IMG/VR virus record: IMGVR_UViG_3300037067_022526
Span: 1 to 64,000 of that record
Length of the DNA: 64,000 nucleotides
Direction: 5' to 3' (one strand)
From: a virus
Lineage: Duplodnaviria > Caudoviricetes
Shown: positions 52,201 to 60,776 of the stretch, in pieces
Layout: every line of letters begins with the position of its first letter
Numbering within the stretch: the stretch's first letter is position 1
Notes under the pieces: model-generated
What the model was told of the DNA's origin: nothing
The model's input: only the letters and a program-made list of their open reading frames with translations
Database searches by the model: none
Translations under genes and position numbers: made by a program

Positions 52201-52491
52201 TCGACACCAGCAGCTCAGCCACCAGTTCCATCTCCACAAGAACCAGCGGAAATGCTTCCTACTCCCATACAGCAACCCCAATCTCCAATACCGGGGTCAG
52301 GCGGAAAGGTTAAAAAACCAGATGGTAGGCAGTTAAAGAAACCAAATGTCAATAGAGGTTTTGGTCCTACGGGTTCTGTATTTCAACGGATGAGTAAAAT
52401 AGCATCCGAGCTAGACCGCAGAGGACTAGATGTATTAGCAGATAAAATTGACTTCATCAATTCCGAGTTGCAGAGAATCGCGAGGAAATAA
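49270..52491 (+). CDS. putative internal head protein (1073 aa)
   Basis: long ORF in the head module; C-terminal KIASELDRRGLDVLADKID motif. Confidence 0.7.
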   Translation: MAQQNENFKKYLINEGMSRISSKMRKIASKLKNADVKSILLKEADDRLSKLSALSKESMAWNTGYTGLDSATVNLEWQMPNLGDKAQKIKAAIEEKFMPYMKADLIGASGKKRQHKVQGGFVVENLDPETGNIVPEFNPTLVMRFLYRRNIVPMQKEDAESNNRATEAISTVDQFLQQSGVSDYSLMDFIRTLENEDVGLTAYFHTSQGSAEKGLNFSHSELRAFFDDQKNKSSQYGMLPGNINSRYFFAQHAERNRVYESDSTNPSGSIFLSRTKEYRRRFPIESVDQIKLPSDLMRAIARKVRDGFALNANTLWRDIQTTQSKYIEKMGIQDPTAMQSHYRQMFDRINKTFYDGMREQKAQKGDPAVEDDFTWGKTPHGYRQGLVATRTGKAYKSELTVEELRLMLKNCTSDMLDYYKSVTQPQNTDQVESQFSSEYAPFLGVKDPQQRDEIRNSFTVPKHKMNYSSNGMDTDPTTAAGVRTLAIPALRKLPPTNFNDGTIIFDRDNGNLGRQQITKNWINPSGGGLSRIVIEFGPWATKVLQSLSQQTDFFKNKPYTAGAARAISIFNRTNAESVFDVIREYQNDWNRFKSEYLGQSFVNELRLYYKYLSSKDPNPVKDAISQYQKTGDWNEFSRAVRHLIPTKDTDVSTTMDENGFRTFCQYGYQIAKLMDYVSCLMNAACLEQLESRLDKKKKDPSPVAEQIFGRKYSSSSGKGNGGQVMIGIRYAYNAPEVVDENEINPDGFEYGKHVMNLIKIERKRRHDAYRIKGPTYRQTSHWENLGQKSIDTGETTVPVGEHLPLPGQTQEMQVNPMIEPTTKVIKVVENLEYFIGEAGSAEGMLRDLERGTDWNKVLDSFLRRYPNLESSINVLISPINARFDLLEVAAKKAIDNVRKQLEKEIETSGQQVAVEVIVHHDDGREEVLSTDKIDSDVQQLQSQDIEIPQGFDETTEIPAAPVEDTGKYETGIPSEVTSTPAAQPPVPSPQEPAEMLPTPIQQPQSPIPGSGGKVKKPDGRQLKKPNVNRGFGPTGSVFQRMSKIASELDRRGLDVLADKIDFINSELQRIARK

Positions 52492-54390
52492 ATGTTTGAG
52501 AAAAAAGCAACATTTAGTTTAATAGAGATTGAAGCTCTTAACGTTCCAAAATTCAACGATGGATTATTTGTTGACCAAAACCTATCTTTAACTCCGGGTA
52601 TACTGGAATCTACGGTTAAAAAAATCAAAACCGCATCCAAACAGGCTAATTTTACTGTTGATGGCGATAATACAGAATTCGATTTAGAAGCAGAGATCAA
52701 ATCACATCCAAGTTCTCTATACGTTAAATGCTTTGCGATCAAAGCAGATGAGCCGAATGATAATGGCGATTATTTCAGTGAAGAAGAATTAAAGAAATCA
52801 TACGGAACTTTTGTTGGAGTGCCTGTATTTACAAACCACAACAATACAGATGCAGAGCAAGCAAGAGGAAAGGTAGTTCATTCTTGGTGGGATAACGATC
52901 GGAATGGTATCATGATCATTGCCAGAGTGGATTCAGAAGCCTATCCGCAATTAGCTCGCGGCATCAAAGAAAACTATATTATGTCTACAAGTATGGGAGC
53001 ATCTCGTGGACATGATTTGGTCAGTATGGCAGATGGATCTAAAAAACGAGTCGATGAATTGCAGGTTCATGATTTAGTTATAACTCATACTGGTAAAACC
53101 GAGGCAGTCTTTGCAATATGCAGAACACACCTACACGATAAACTTTATCATATCAAATGGGTAGGGAATCCTACAGGATTGGCACTTAGCCACGAGCATC
53201 CGGTTTTAATACTAAAAAAGAATCTTGTCAATACCGATCCTCACAGAAAATCCGGAGATAAAGATTCCATACCTGCTGAATTCGTTGAGGCGTCAAAAAT
53301 TGAAGGAGGTGATTACGTTCTGGAATTCATTAGTAATCACCAAAAGTCTGAAAAATTAAAATTCGATTCATTCTATTACAAAAAGTATATAGCACATAGG
53401 GTCGAAGAAGTTATTTGCATTAACAATGAGGAGCTGACTTATTATGTTCAAATAGGCGAGAATGATGACGAGAACAGCGATCATAGCTATATATTGAATG
53501 ATATAGCGACCCACAATTGCCAGGTTTTGTATAGTCTTTGTTCTATTTGCCACCAAAAAGCCGAGACACCTGAAAATTACTGCAGCCACATCAAGGACAG
53601 AAAGACTCGGAAAATTTCTGCGAAGAAAGTTACATGTCAATATCATAAAAGTGGTGGCGATGGACCGTGCCCAATTTGTGGTTGTGAAGAAGATGATCCG
53701 TCAAAATTTGAAGTCACCGATAAACAGGCATTCGAATATAACTATGGCATCAAATTTATAGAAAATTCATTTGTAGTTAACCCTGCTTGTCATGAATGCG
53801 GTGTAACAGAAGTTATCGATCCGCAAGTCTTTTTATCAAAGGCTGCTGACATACAACGCAGACTGCCAATTCTTTTAAAGTCGGCATCTCAAACGGAAAT
53901 AATGTGCTCAGATCGGGGATGTATTAAATTAGCTGGGCAAAAAGAGCTAGATAGCCTAGGACAAGCCCTTGACCTAATAACATCTGTGTCTCAGTCAATG
54001 TTGAGCCAAAAAGATATGCTCGATTTGGAATTTTTGAGTGATTTAGTTAAAGTTTTGGCTGATCTACAAGAAGTTATTGACGTTTTAACACAGCAAGGAT
54101 ATGGAAGGTTGGGTGAAAATTCCACATCTACGACAGAGACAGGAGAAAAAGTCCAAAATGCAGTTCAAACCCCTTCGACTCCTTCTCCGACACCCGGTAG
54201 GGTGTCTACGGGGCCAGCAGGCGAGGCCGGCACGGTAACATCACCTCTGGCATCTAAAAGACTAGATATGTCTAAAATATCTGGTTCGGTTTTGTTTCCG
54301 ACTAAAACACCAGAAATTGAAAACAAAATTGCACAAAATACAAAAAATCTTCTAAATTTGGCATTTAAAATTTCCAAAAAATCCAAATAG
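52492..54390 (+). CDS. prohead protease with Ala-start mini-intein (52999-53517)
   Basis: NDNGDYF, VFTNH, RGKV, TSMG|...HN|CQV..SLCSIC, FIENSFVVNPA; position upstream of scaffold and MCP. Confidence 0.8.
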   Translation: MFEKKATFSLIEIEALNVPKFNDGLFVDQNLSLTPGILESTVKKIKTASKQANFTVDGDNTEFDLEAEIKSHPSSLYVKCFAIKADEPNDNGDYFSEEELKKSYGTFVGVPVFTNHNNTDAEQARGKVVHSWWDNDRNGIMIIARVDSEAYPQLARGIKENYIMSTSMGASRGHDLVSMADGSKKRVDELQVHDLVITHTGKTEAVFAICRTHLHDKLYHIKWVGNPTGLALSHEHPVLILKKNLVNTDPHRKSGDKDSIPAEFVEASKIEGGDYVLEFISNHQKSEKLKFDSFYYKKYIAHRVEEVICINNEELTYYVQIGENDDENSDHSYILNDIATHNCQVLYSLCSICHQKAETPENYCSHIKDRKTRKISAKKVTCQYHKSGGDGPCPICGCEEDDPSKFEVTDKQAFEYNYGIKFIENSFVVNPACHECGVTEVIDPQVFLSKAADIQRRLPILLKSASQTEIMCSDRGCIKLAGQKELDSLGQALDLITSVSQSMLSQKDMLDLEFLSDLVKVLADLQEVIDVLTQQGYGRLGENSTSTTETGEKVQNAVQTPSTPSPTPGRVSTGPAGEAGTVTSPLASKRLDMSKISGSVLFPTKTPEIENKIAQNTKNLLNLAFKISKKSK

Positions 54391-54554
54391 TCATCCCTTC
54401 ACGTCGGATTACACACATTTTATTAGAGGAATATTCCTTTGTTTTTTCGAATAGGAGAAACATATTGGAATATACTTCGACATACCATGTGACGAACATC
54501 TTACAGCAATTAGGTTGCTGCTTAAATTACAGTACATTTACAAGGAGATAGCAA

Positions 54555-57500
54555 ATGCTGGATGCCAAAACTAGACAAGCTCTTGCTGAAAAACTTCAGG
54601 GGCACATCAAGAAGGCGAGTTCGAATGTCTCTACAAAAGTAGAAGCCGAAAGAGGTGATTATAAGATAGTTTTAACTGCTGACAAAATTACCCAACTATA
54701 TAAAGGACAAACAGTTGGGACTATACGAGTTGCCGAACTAGATGAAGACACAATTGGATACATTAACTCCAATCCCGATGAATCAGCAAGAACAATGTTG
54801 GATGGTTTCCGAGAGAATTTTGATATTGATGAATTTGAGAAAACAGCAGCACATTCCACGCAAAACGAAGATACATATCAAAAGGTAACCCAAAAACAGC
54901 TCGATGACCAAAAAATTACTCTGCACCCACGAACTGATGAACATTACAAAAACATAACCCAAAAACAGATTCCAGAACATGGTCAGCGTCCAGGAACGTA
55001 TGAATATACCACAGAAGCACAATTAAGGGAAGAGCGCGAAACTTTTTATGGAGCTTCCAGAACCAGTGGTGATTGGAAACAGGAAGACCGGAACGTTGTA
55101 ACCGAAGGGCAGTTCGATGAAGGTGTGAATACTTATAGTGATATCGGGGAGACCAACAGAGGTGAAATAGGCGCGAATTATGACGGTGGCTTAGATAAGC
55201 AGTGGAAGCAAATTGGCGAAAAACAGCTCATGGAGTTGCTTAAGAGCCATGAATGGACTGAACCATTAACAATCACAGAAGGCAAAGACCAGCTAAGCAA
55301 GCAGGATGGCGAATTAGCGCGGCTTACGGCTGAAGTAGCAAATAATATTGTTAAGGAATCTTTAAATACTTTAGGCAAGACAGTTCTGGCGGCAGGGATT
55401 ACACCCAAAGAGTTGGCCGGAATTGTTCAAAGGCTTATTTCGCATGAAAGTAAATACAGCGTTTTGGCAAATGTTATCGCCAATTATAAACCATCCGATG
55501 TGGCAGCGATTAATCGCAAAGTTGCCAAAGCACAAGTATTTGGCAAGACCGCAAATACTGGTGCCGATTGGTCACCATACTTGGCTGCGGATGTTTTGAT
55601 TCGGCAGCTGTCAAAACTAGCATATGCTCCACAGTATATCGTGGACGGGCTAGTAGCACTATCAGAACAGGACCTTGAAGGAAAGATATCAGAGGCGTGC
55701 GAGCATTGTTTAAACGCCAAAGAAGAGGACAAGAAGGCAAATTCAAGTGTTGATATATTTCGCAAGGTTATCGCAGAGCCAGTAAAACCCACCAAAGATG
55801 TTACAGTTGGCGACGATTCCGACGGTATGTATGCCTATAAAGGGCTAATTTCAGAAGTGTCCGCAAGCACAAGTGATCGGAAGAAGTTTGCAGATGCAGC
55901 AGCCACATTGGCCAAAGCCAAAGTTGCAGAAACCACTGGAAAAGAGTTAGAGTTGATTCCGCAGTCTATTGATGTCAATGAAGATGACGGACATTTTGAG
56001 GTCATCCTGATTGACGCGAAGAAAAACGAAGAAACCCTAAAAGTACGAGCCGAGAAGCGACGTACTATGGTTAAGGAAGCCCAGATGGGAGGAGCTGGCG
56101 GAATGCCTCCGGCTGCTGGCCCAGAAATGGGAAATCCAGCCGCGCCTCCGGGCGGCGGTGATATGGGTATGCCACCTCCTGGTGAAGCTTTGTCACAGGC
56201 TCCTCCTGCTGAAACACCAGATGTAGAAGAGACCACAGGCGAGCCGCAACCTCCGGGTTCTGTTTGTCCGGTTTGTGGGTCGAATGATGTTGACGTAGAT
56301 AATGGTGAATTTCGATGCAATAATTGCGGCGGTGAAGGCAATATCTCTGTCCGCATGGAAGTTTCCAAGTGGCCAGAGACCATACAGGAAACCGAAGAAC
56401 AAGGCGATGAGGGATTCGGACTCGGGGCAGAAGAAGAATCTTCTGCCGCAGCCAGTGAAGAGGGGCTTGGTGGTGAAGGTGGTCCAATGGGTGGCGAAGG
56501 TGAAGGAGCCACATTACCCAATGTCCCCGTTGGGGCGTCTGTTAAGGTTCGAGACATTTTGAAGAAAACGGCTCAATCCAATTTAAATCCATATTTAGCC
56601 TCTGTCGTGAGAATTACACCTGTAGTTTTGGAGAAGATTAAAGCCGAAAATATTAAGATTGGTAGCGTTTGTCCCAATTGTGGTGGACATAATACCGATC
56701 TATTAAAGTCAGAATTTCGCAAAGGTCAGGATGGCATTTGTTGGGATTGCTTGCAGGAATATAACATGCAAGTTCGTTCTGCGAAGAACCAGAAACATAG
56801 AGTTTATGCTCAGTATGTCTGGAAGCCAAACAAGATAGCAGAGTCAGAGTGTGATGGGTGCAACCGGTTAAAGGCTGCATTTATCCAGTCTTTGGAAAAC
56901 TATGGAATTAATTGGAATAAATTTGCTAATACACGAACAGTAAAAGAACAGGGCGATATTATTCTTAAGATGGCAAAAGCCGGTGCTCTCGATTTGTCTG
57001 ATGGCCTCAAAGCCACATTGCCACTAGAGAAAGTCGCAGCCAGCCCACGGTGGAAGGGATATGACAAACTTGACAAATTCCCATCCTCTTCGTGCTTGGA
57101 GCGAATATCTCGTAGATTTGGCGAAAATGCCACATCCATGAGTGGTCCATGCCAGGGCAAACCACTGGCAGAGTGTGTATGTGGACAATTGGAACAGCTA
57201 AAAATTTATTCCGATGGTCTTGCTGCCAAAGTGGCATCAACATATATGAGCAACGATCCTATGATTCATAGTCCAGTTAAAACGTGTATTGCTATGTTTG
57301 TAAAGGATGATTACAACTTTGATGATGCCTGCACAATCTGTGAAGGTCTGCGGGCAGCTCATGCAAGCATAGAAGATTTGGTGATAGAAGCAATTGCTCA
57401 AATTGGTCCATCGCCAAGACTCAAAATGCCTAAACCAATGGCTCCCAAGCCAATGGCTCCTAAACCAATGGATATGAGCACTCCGACAGCAAAGCCGATG

Positions 57501-59945
57501 GGTATGCCAGGTGGTAATGCTGCACCAGTAGGGCCAAAGCCAATGCCCGCACCAACCAAACCGATGGGTATGGATGGCGGATCGCCAATGTCTCCCAAGC
57601 CAATGGATTTGGAAAATGATATTCCCGATCCAATGGACGAGCCTGTAAGTGAAGACCCAATGATCGAGAGTGACCCAACAGGTGGTGCGTCTCCAATTGA
57701 AGATGCAACAAGTATTGGAGATGACTTATCGGGCGGGGAGGAATTTTCCGATGATTTCGGAACCGATGATATCGATCTAGGATTCGGTGGCGCAGGCGAA
57801 GGCGACATGGGAATGGGAGAAACAGTAACCCTCGAAATACCCGCCGAAGCAGTCGATGCTATTCAAACCTTATTTGATGCATTGCAGGGTCAAATAGGTG
57901 CCGTAGACACAACTGGTGACTTAGATATGGGAGAAGTAGGCGACATCGGAGAGCCAGATTTGGGTCTTGAAAACGGTGGCGACGAAATTCCAGGGATCGA
58001 GGAAACTGAAGATTCTGGAATTCCAGGATTAATGGAAGATCAGGGCGAGGAAATACCGGGTGTTGAGGATGATTCAGTTGAACACGAAGAGTCCGAAACT
58101 CCCGCAGAAGAGATAGAAGAGCATTTGCCAGGCGGCGAAGAATCTGGTGATACCGAATCAGAGACAGAAGCAGATGAAGGTTCTGATAAACCAGATTTCC
58201 TCAAAGGCGATGATGATACCGATGACGATGGTGACGATGATGGACCAGATGGTGGTGGTGGTAAGCCAGTTATCAAGAAGCACACCGAGGATAAGGGATG
58301 TGCAGCACCAATGTGTCAGAAATCCGAAAGCGAAGAAGGACAGGAAAAGGTTGCTTCTCTGGACAGATTCCTAAGTGGAATGAAAACCGGAACCATGAAG
58401 CGGACTCAAGATGCTCTTGACAGCCTTTTTGATGGGATTATACGACAAGCAGAACTTGGCAAAGAAGCCAAAGAAGCAGATGATGTCAAAAAGGTAGAAT
58501 ATAAGGAAAATAAGGAGGGTGATAAAGTTAAGGTTAAACCCGCCCAGGATGCCGAAGGCATTGGTAAAATACAAGATAAAGGCAAAATAGGGCACGAAGA
58601 AAAATTCGATGCCAAAAAGCCAGATGTGCCCCGTGAAAAGCAATTGCTTGGAGACGAGGGTAAAGATATGGGAGTTAGTGAGTCGGAGGATTTGCCAACA
58701 GTGCCTCATGGCGGTTCCCTAATGGACGGGGAAGAACACTACAAGCCAGAACAAGGCAACGTACTTGATGGGAATCAAGGTGGCAAGAAAGCGTCTTCGA
58801 AGTCTAATGTTAAAATAGCAGCCGCATCATGTAAATGCGGAAATCCAGTTTGCAAATGCAAATGCAAAGAAGGCGGGGAATGCACCTGCAAGCCAAACAA
58901 GGAAGCAAAGAAGCAGAAAGGTGTAACTTACGAAGGCAAGCATTATGATACAAATCCTTGGGCCGTTTGCCATACTACCGTGGACAAAAAGGAAGATCCA
59001 GATAAGTATGAGCGGTGTGTCCAAGATGTCAAAGAAAAATCCGCAGATATGCCCAAAAAGGAGAAAGATATGGCTCAAGCAGAGAGCAACAAAAATGTAA
59101 AAACTGCCAAGGTTTGGACGATAGCCGAAGGGCACAAACACTATAGTGCTCTCTCGAAGAAAGCCGCATCTGGACAGACCACAGTTAAGCTACAGGACGG
59201 AATAACATACTCGTTAATGCGAGATCAAAATCAGAATTTTATACTGATTGCACAAAATTCTGATGAAATAATAAAGGAATCACAGACAGTTACGGTGAAT
59301 AGAGTAAAAAGTCTAGAAGATGATCCTGATATTAACCAATCTTCTGGGCCAGGAAAAGGCAAGGTTAAAGGTAACCAAACGCACAGCCTTGCAGTTGATG
59401 AAAAGAAGCCGAGCGAAGGAATGAGTGAACCATCGATACCGGAAGCACCTGATGGTGGACAATTAAAACGAGAACACACTTACGACAATAAACTCGATAT
59501 GCCAGAGATTCCAGCAGGTGGTGGAATGAATTCCGAATACGACAAGAATGAGAAGAATACCCCTGAAAAACAGGATCAAATGCTAGGAAAGAATAACGAA
59601 ACATACGCAACAGATGACAGTGAGGCCATTAAATTAGCATCAAGATTAGCAAAAGCAAACTTGATCACACTTGACGAAATACCCGATAAGGTTGCAATGT
59701 TCAGACGCTTTACACCAGAACAAATGAAAGACTACGAAGATCTTTTGAAGAAAGCAAGTACGAGCAAGGGAATGCAAAAGGAAGCGTCAGTACCAGATAC
59801 TGAAGTTCCAAATATGACCAAGAGCCCCACTGAGAGTGAACCAACTCTTCAAGAAGGCATCCAGTCATTGTTTAAACTAGAACAAAGAAACAAAGATTAT
59901 GAGCGCTATTCTAGTGAAAGAGGCGATCATCGATTGTTTCACTAA
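54555..59945 (+). CDS. giant scaffold/core-like protein (1796 aa)
   Basis: between protease and capsid genes; acidic and low-complexity tracts, CxxC ribbons, many K-x-A motifs. Confidence 0.65.
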   Translation: MLDAKTRQALAEKLQGHIKKASSNVSTKVEAERGDYKIVLTADKITQLYKGQTVGTIRVAELDEDTIGYINSNPDESARTMLDGFRENFDIDEFEKTAAHSTQNEDTYQKVTQKQLDDQKITLHPRTDEHYKNITQKQIPEHGQRPGTYEYTTEAQLREERETFYGASRTSGDWKQEDRNVVTEGQFDEGVNTYSDIGETNRGEIGANYDGGLDKQWKQIGEKQLMELLKSHEWTEPLTITEGKDQLSKQDGELARLTAEVANNIVKESLNTLGKTVLAAGITPKELAGIVQRLISHESKYSVLANVIANYKPSDVAAINRKVAKAQVFGKTANTGADWSPYLAADVLIRQLSKLAYAPQYIVDGLVALSEQDLEGKISEACEHCLNAKEEDKKANSSVDIFRKVIAEPVKPTKDVTVGDDSDGMYAYKGLISEVSASTSDRKKFADAAATLAKAKVAETTGKELELIPQSIDVNEDDGHFEVILIDAKKNEETLKVRAEKRRTMVKEAQMGGAGGMPPAAGPEMGNPAAPPGGGDMGMPPPGEALSQAPPAETPDVEETTGEPQPPGSVCPVCGSNDVDVDNGEFRCNNCGGEGNISVRMEVSKWPETIQETEEQGDEGFGLGAEEESSAAASEEGLGGEGGPMGGEGEGATLPNVPVGASVKVRDILKKTAQSNLNPYLASVVRITPVVLEKIKAENIKIGSVCPNCGGHNTDLLKSEFRKGQDGICWDCLQEYNMQVRSAKNQKHRVYAQYVWKPNKIAESECDGCNRLKAAFIQSLENYGINWNKFANTRTVKEQGDIILKMAKAGALDLSDGLKATLPLEKVAASPRWKGYDKLDKFPSSSCLERISRRFGENATSMSGPCQGKPLAECVCGQLEQLKIYSDGLAAKVASTYMSNDPMIHSPVKTCIAMFVKDDYNFDDACTICEGLRAAHASIEDLVIEAIAQIGPSPRLKMPKPMAPKPMAPKPMDMSTPTAKPMGMPGGNAAPVGPKPMPAPTKPMGMDGGSPMSPKPMDLENDIPDPMDEPVSEDPMIESDPTGGASPIEDATSIGDDLSGGEEFSDDFGTDDIDLGFGGAGEGDMGMGETVTLEIPAEAVDAIQTLFDALQGQIGAVDTTGDLDMGEVGDIGEPDLGLENGGDEIPGIEETEDSGIPGLMEDQGEEIPGVEDDSVEHEESETPAEEIEEHLPGGEESGDTESETEADEGSDKPDFLKGDDDTDDDGDDDGPDGGGGKPVIKKHTEDKGCAAPMCQKSESEEGQEKVASLDRFLSGMKTGTMKRTQDALDSLFDGIIRQAELGKEAKEADDVKKVEYKENKEGDKVKVKPAQDAEGIGKIQDKGKIGHEEKFDAKKPDVPREKQLLGDEGKDMGVSESEDLPTVPHGGSLMDGEEHYKPEQGNVLDGNQGGKKASSKSNVKIAAASCKCGNPVCKCKCKEGGECTCKPNKEAKKQKGVTYEGKHYDTNPWAVCHTTVDKKEDPDKYERCVQDVKEKSADMPKKEKDMAQAESNKNVKTAKVWTIAEGHKHYSALSKKAASGQTTVKLQDGITYSLMRDQNQNFILIAQNSDEIIKESQTVTVNRVKSLEDDPDINQSSGPGKGKVKGNQTHSLAVDEKKPSEGMSEPSIPEAPDGGQLKREHTYDNKLDMPEIPAGGGMNSEYDKNEKNTPEKQDQMLGKNNETYATDDSEAIKLASRLAKANLITLDEIPDKVAMFRRFTPEQMKDYEDLLKKASTSKGMQKEASVPDTEVPNMTKSPTESEPTLQEGIQSLFKLEQRNKDYERYSSERGDHRLFH
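57429..57473 (+). repeat. 3x 15-bp tandem repeat encoding PKPMA/D
   Basis: CCTAAACCAATGGCT CCCAAGCCAATGGCT CCTAAACCAATGGAT. Confidence 0.7.
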
Positions 59946-60020
59946 TAGTTTCTCGTAGTTAGAGACTATATGCCTTCCCCCAAAAAGGGAAGTGAATCAT
60001 AATAAACAAGGAGATAATAA

Positions 60021-60701
60021 ATGGCTCTTATAGAAGTATACCATGTTGTAGCGTCTAATCTTCCAATAGATCCAGATGTAACAACAGACATACCACAAGG
60101 TAGTATTATTGGTTTGAATCACGATGCCAATGTGGTTTTTGCCGATGCGGCTGCTGCCGTTAATGTACTACCTATCGGTATCGCCGGCGATTCTCGTTCG
60201 ACCGGAACCTCTTATACTCCTGAGTCTGGCTCTTCTCTGACTCGTGTGCCTGCGGTTCAAACCGATGGTGCCTTAATTATGGGTGCTTATGGTGCTGCAA
60301 GCAGACGCACACAAAACAGAGTAGCCGATCAGGGCAACGAGGTTCTTGCTAGTTGCAAGATGACTTGTTATCACTCAGGCGGTGAGTTCTGGACAGATCA
60401 GTATGAATTAGTCCAGGCCAATGCACACGACCTATGCGAGTATGTTCCGGGCGAACTACTGTACTGCTCGGCATCCGATGAGACCGTTGGCGCCGAAGAA
60501 GCCGCAGCTGGCGAAACAGCAGCTCGCGCAGGACGATTTACCGATAACCCTGTCACCAACTTTATTGTTGGTATGACAGTTCAAACACCGACTGCGTATC
60601 CAAGCGGTGTTCCAGGAACAGATGTAGGATTTACCGCTTTGCCAGAGGGTGGAAACTCTTTGTCCTACGGCACATTTCTACATGCCAAACTAACCCTATA
60701 A
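60021..60701 (+). CDS. capsid decoration/cement protein (putative)
   Basis: directly upstream of the MCP; strong RBS; G.AGD, GEFWTDQY, GELLY pattern. Confidence 0.65.
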   Translation: MALIEVYHVVASNLPIDPDVTTDIPQGSIIGLNHDANVVFADAAAAVNVLPIGIAGDSRSTGTSYTPESGSSLTRVPAVQTDGALIMGAYGAASRRTQNRVADQGNEVLASCKMTCYHSGGEFWTDQYELVQANAHDLCEYVPGELLYCSASDETVGAEEAAAGETAARAGRFTDNPVTNFIVGMTVQTPTAYPSGVPGTDVGFTALPEGGNSLSYGTFLHAKLTL

Positions 60702-60776
60702 GGTTAGTCGATAGAAATAGTAATTGGTCTATTATATATCTTTAGATTCTAATAGACAGATAAAGGAGTTAATTAA

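Noticed and set aside
55835-59610. Many antisense ORFs opposite the scaffold gene
   Set aside because: Ser/Pro-rich mirror images of acidic, Gly-rich codons.
33760-60760. Short intergenic hairpins near 33761, 54505, 59974, 60690 and 60728
   Set aside because: Likely ordinary mRNA-stability stems; no shared sequence.
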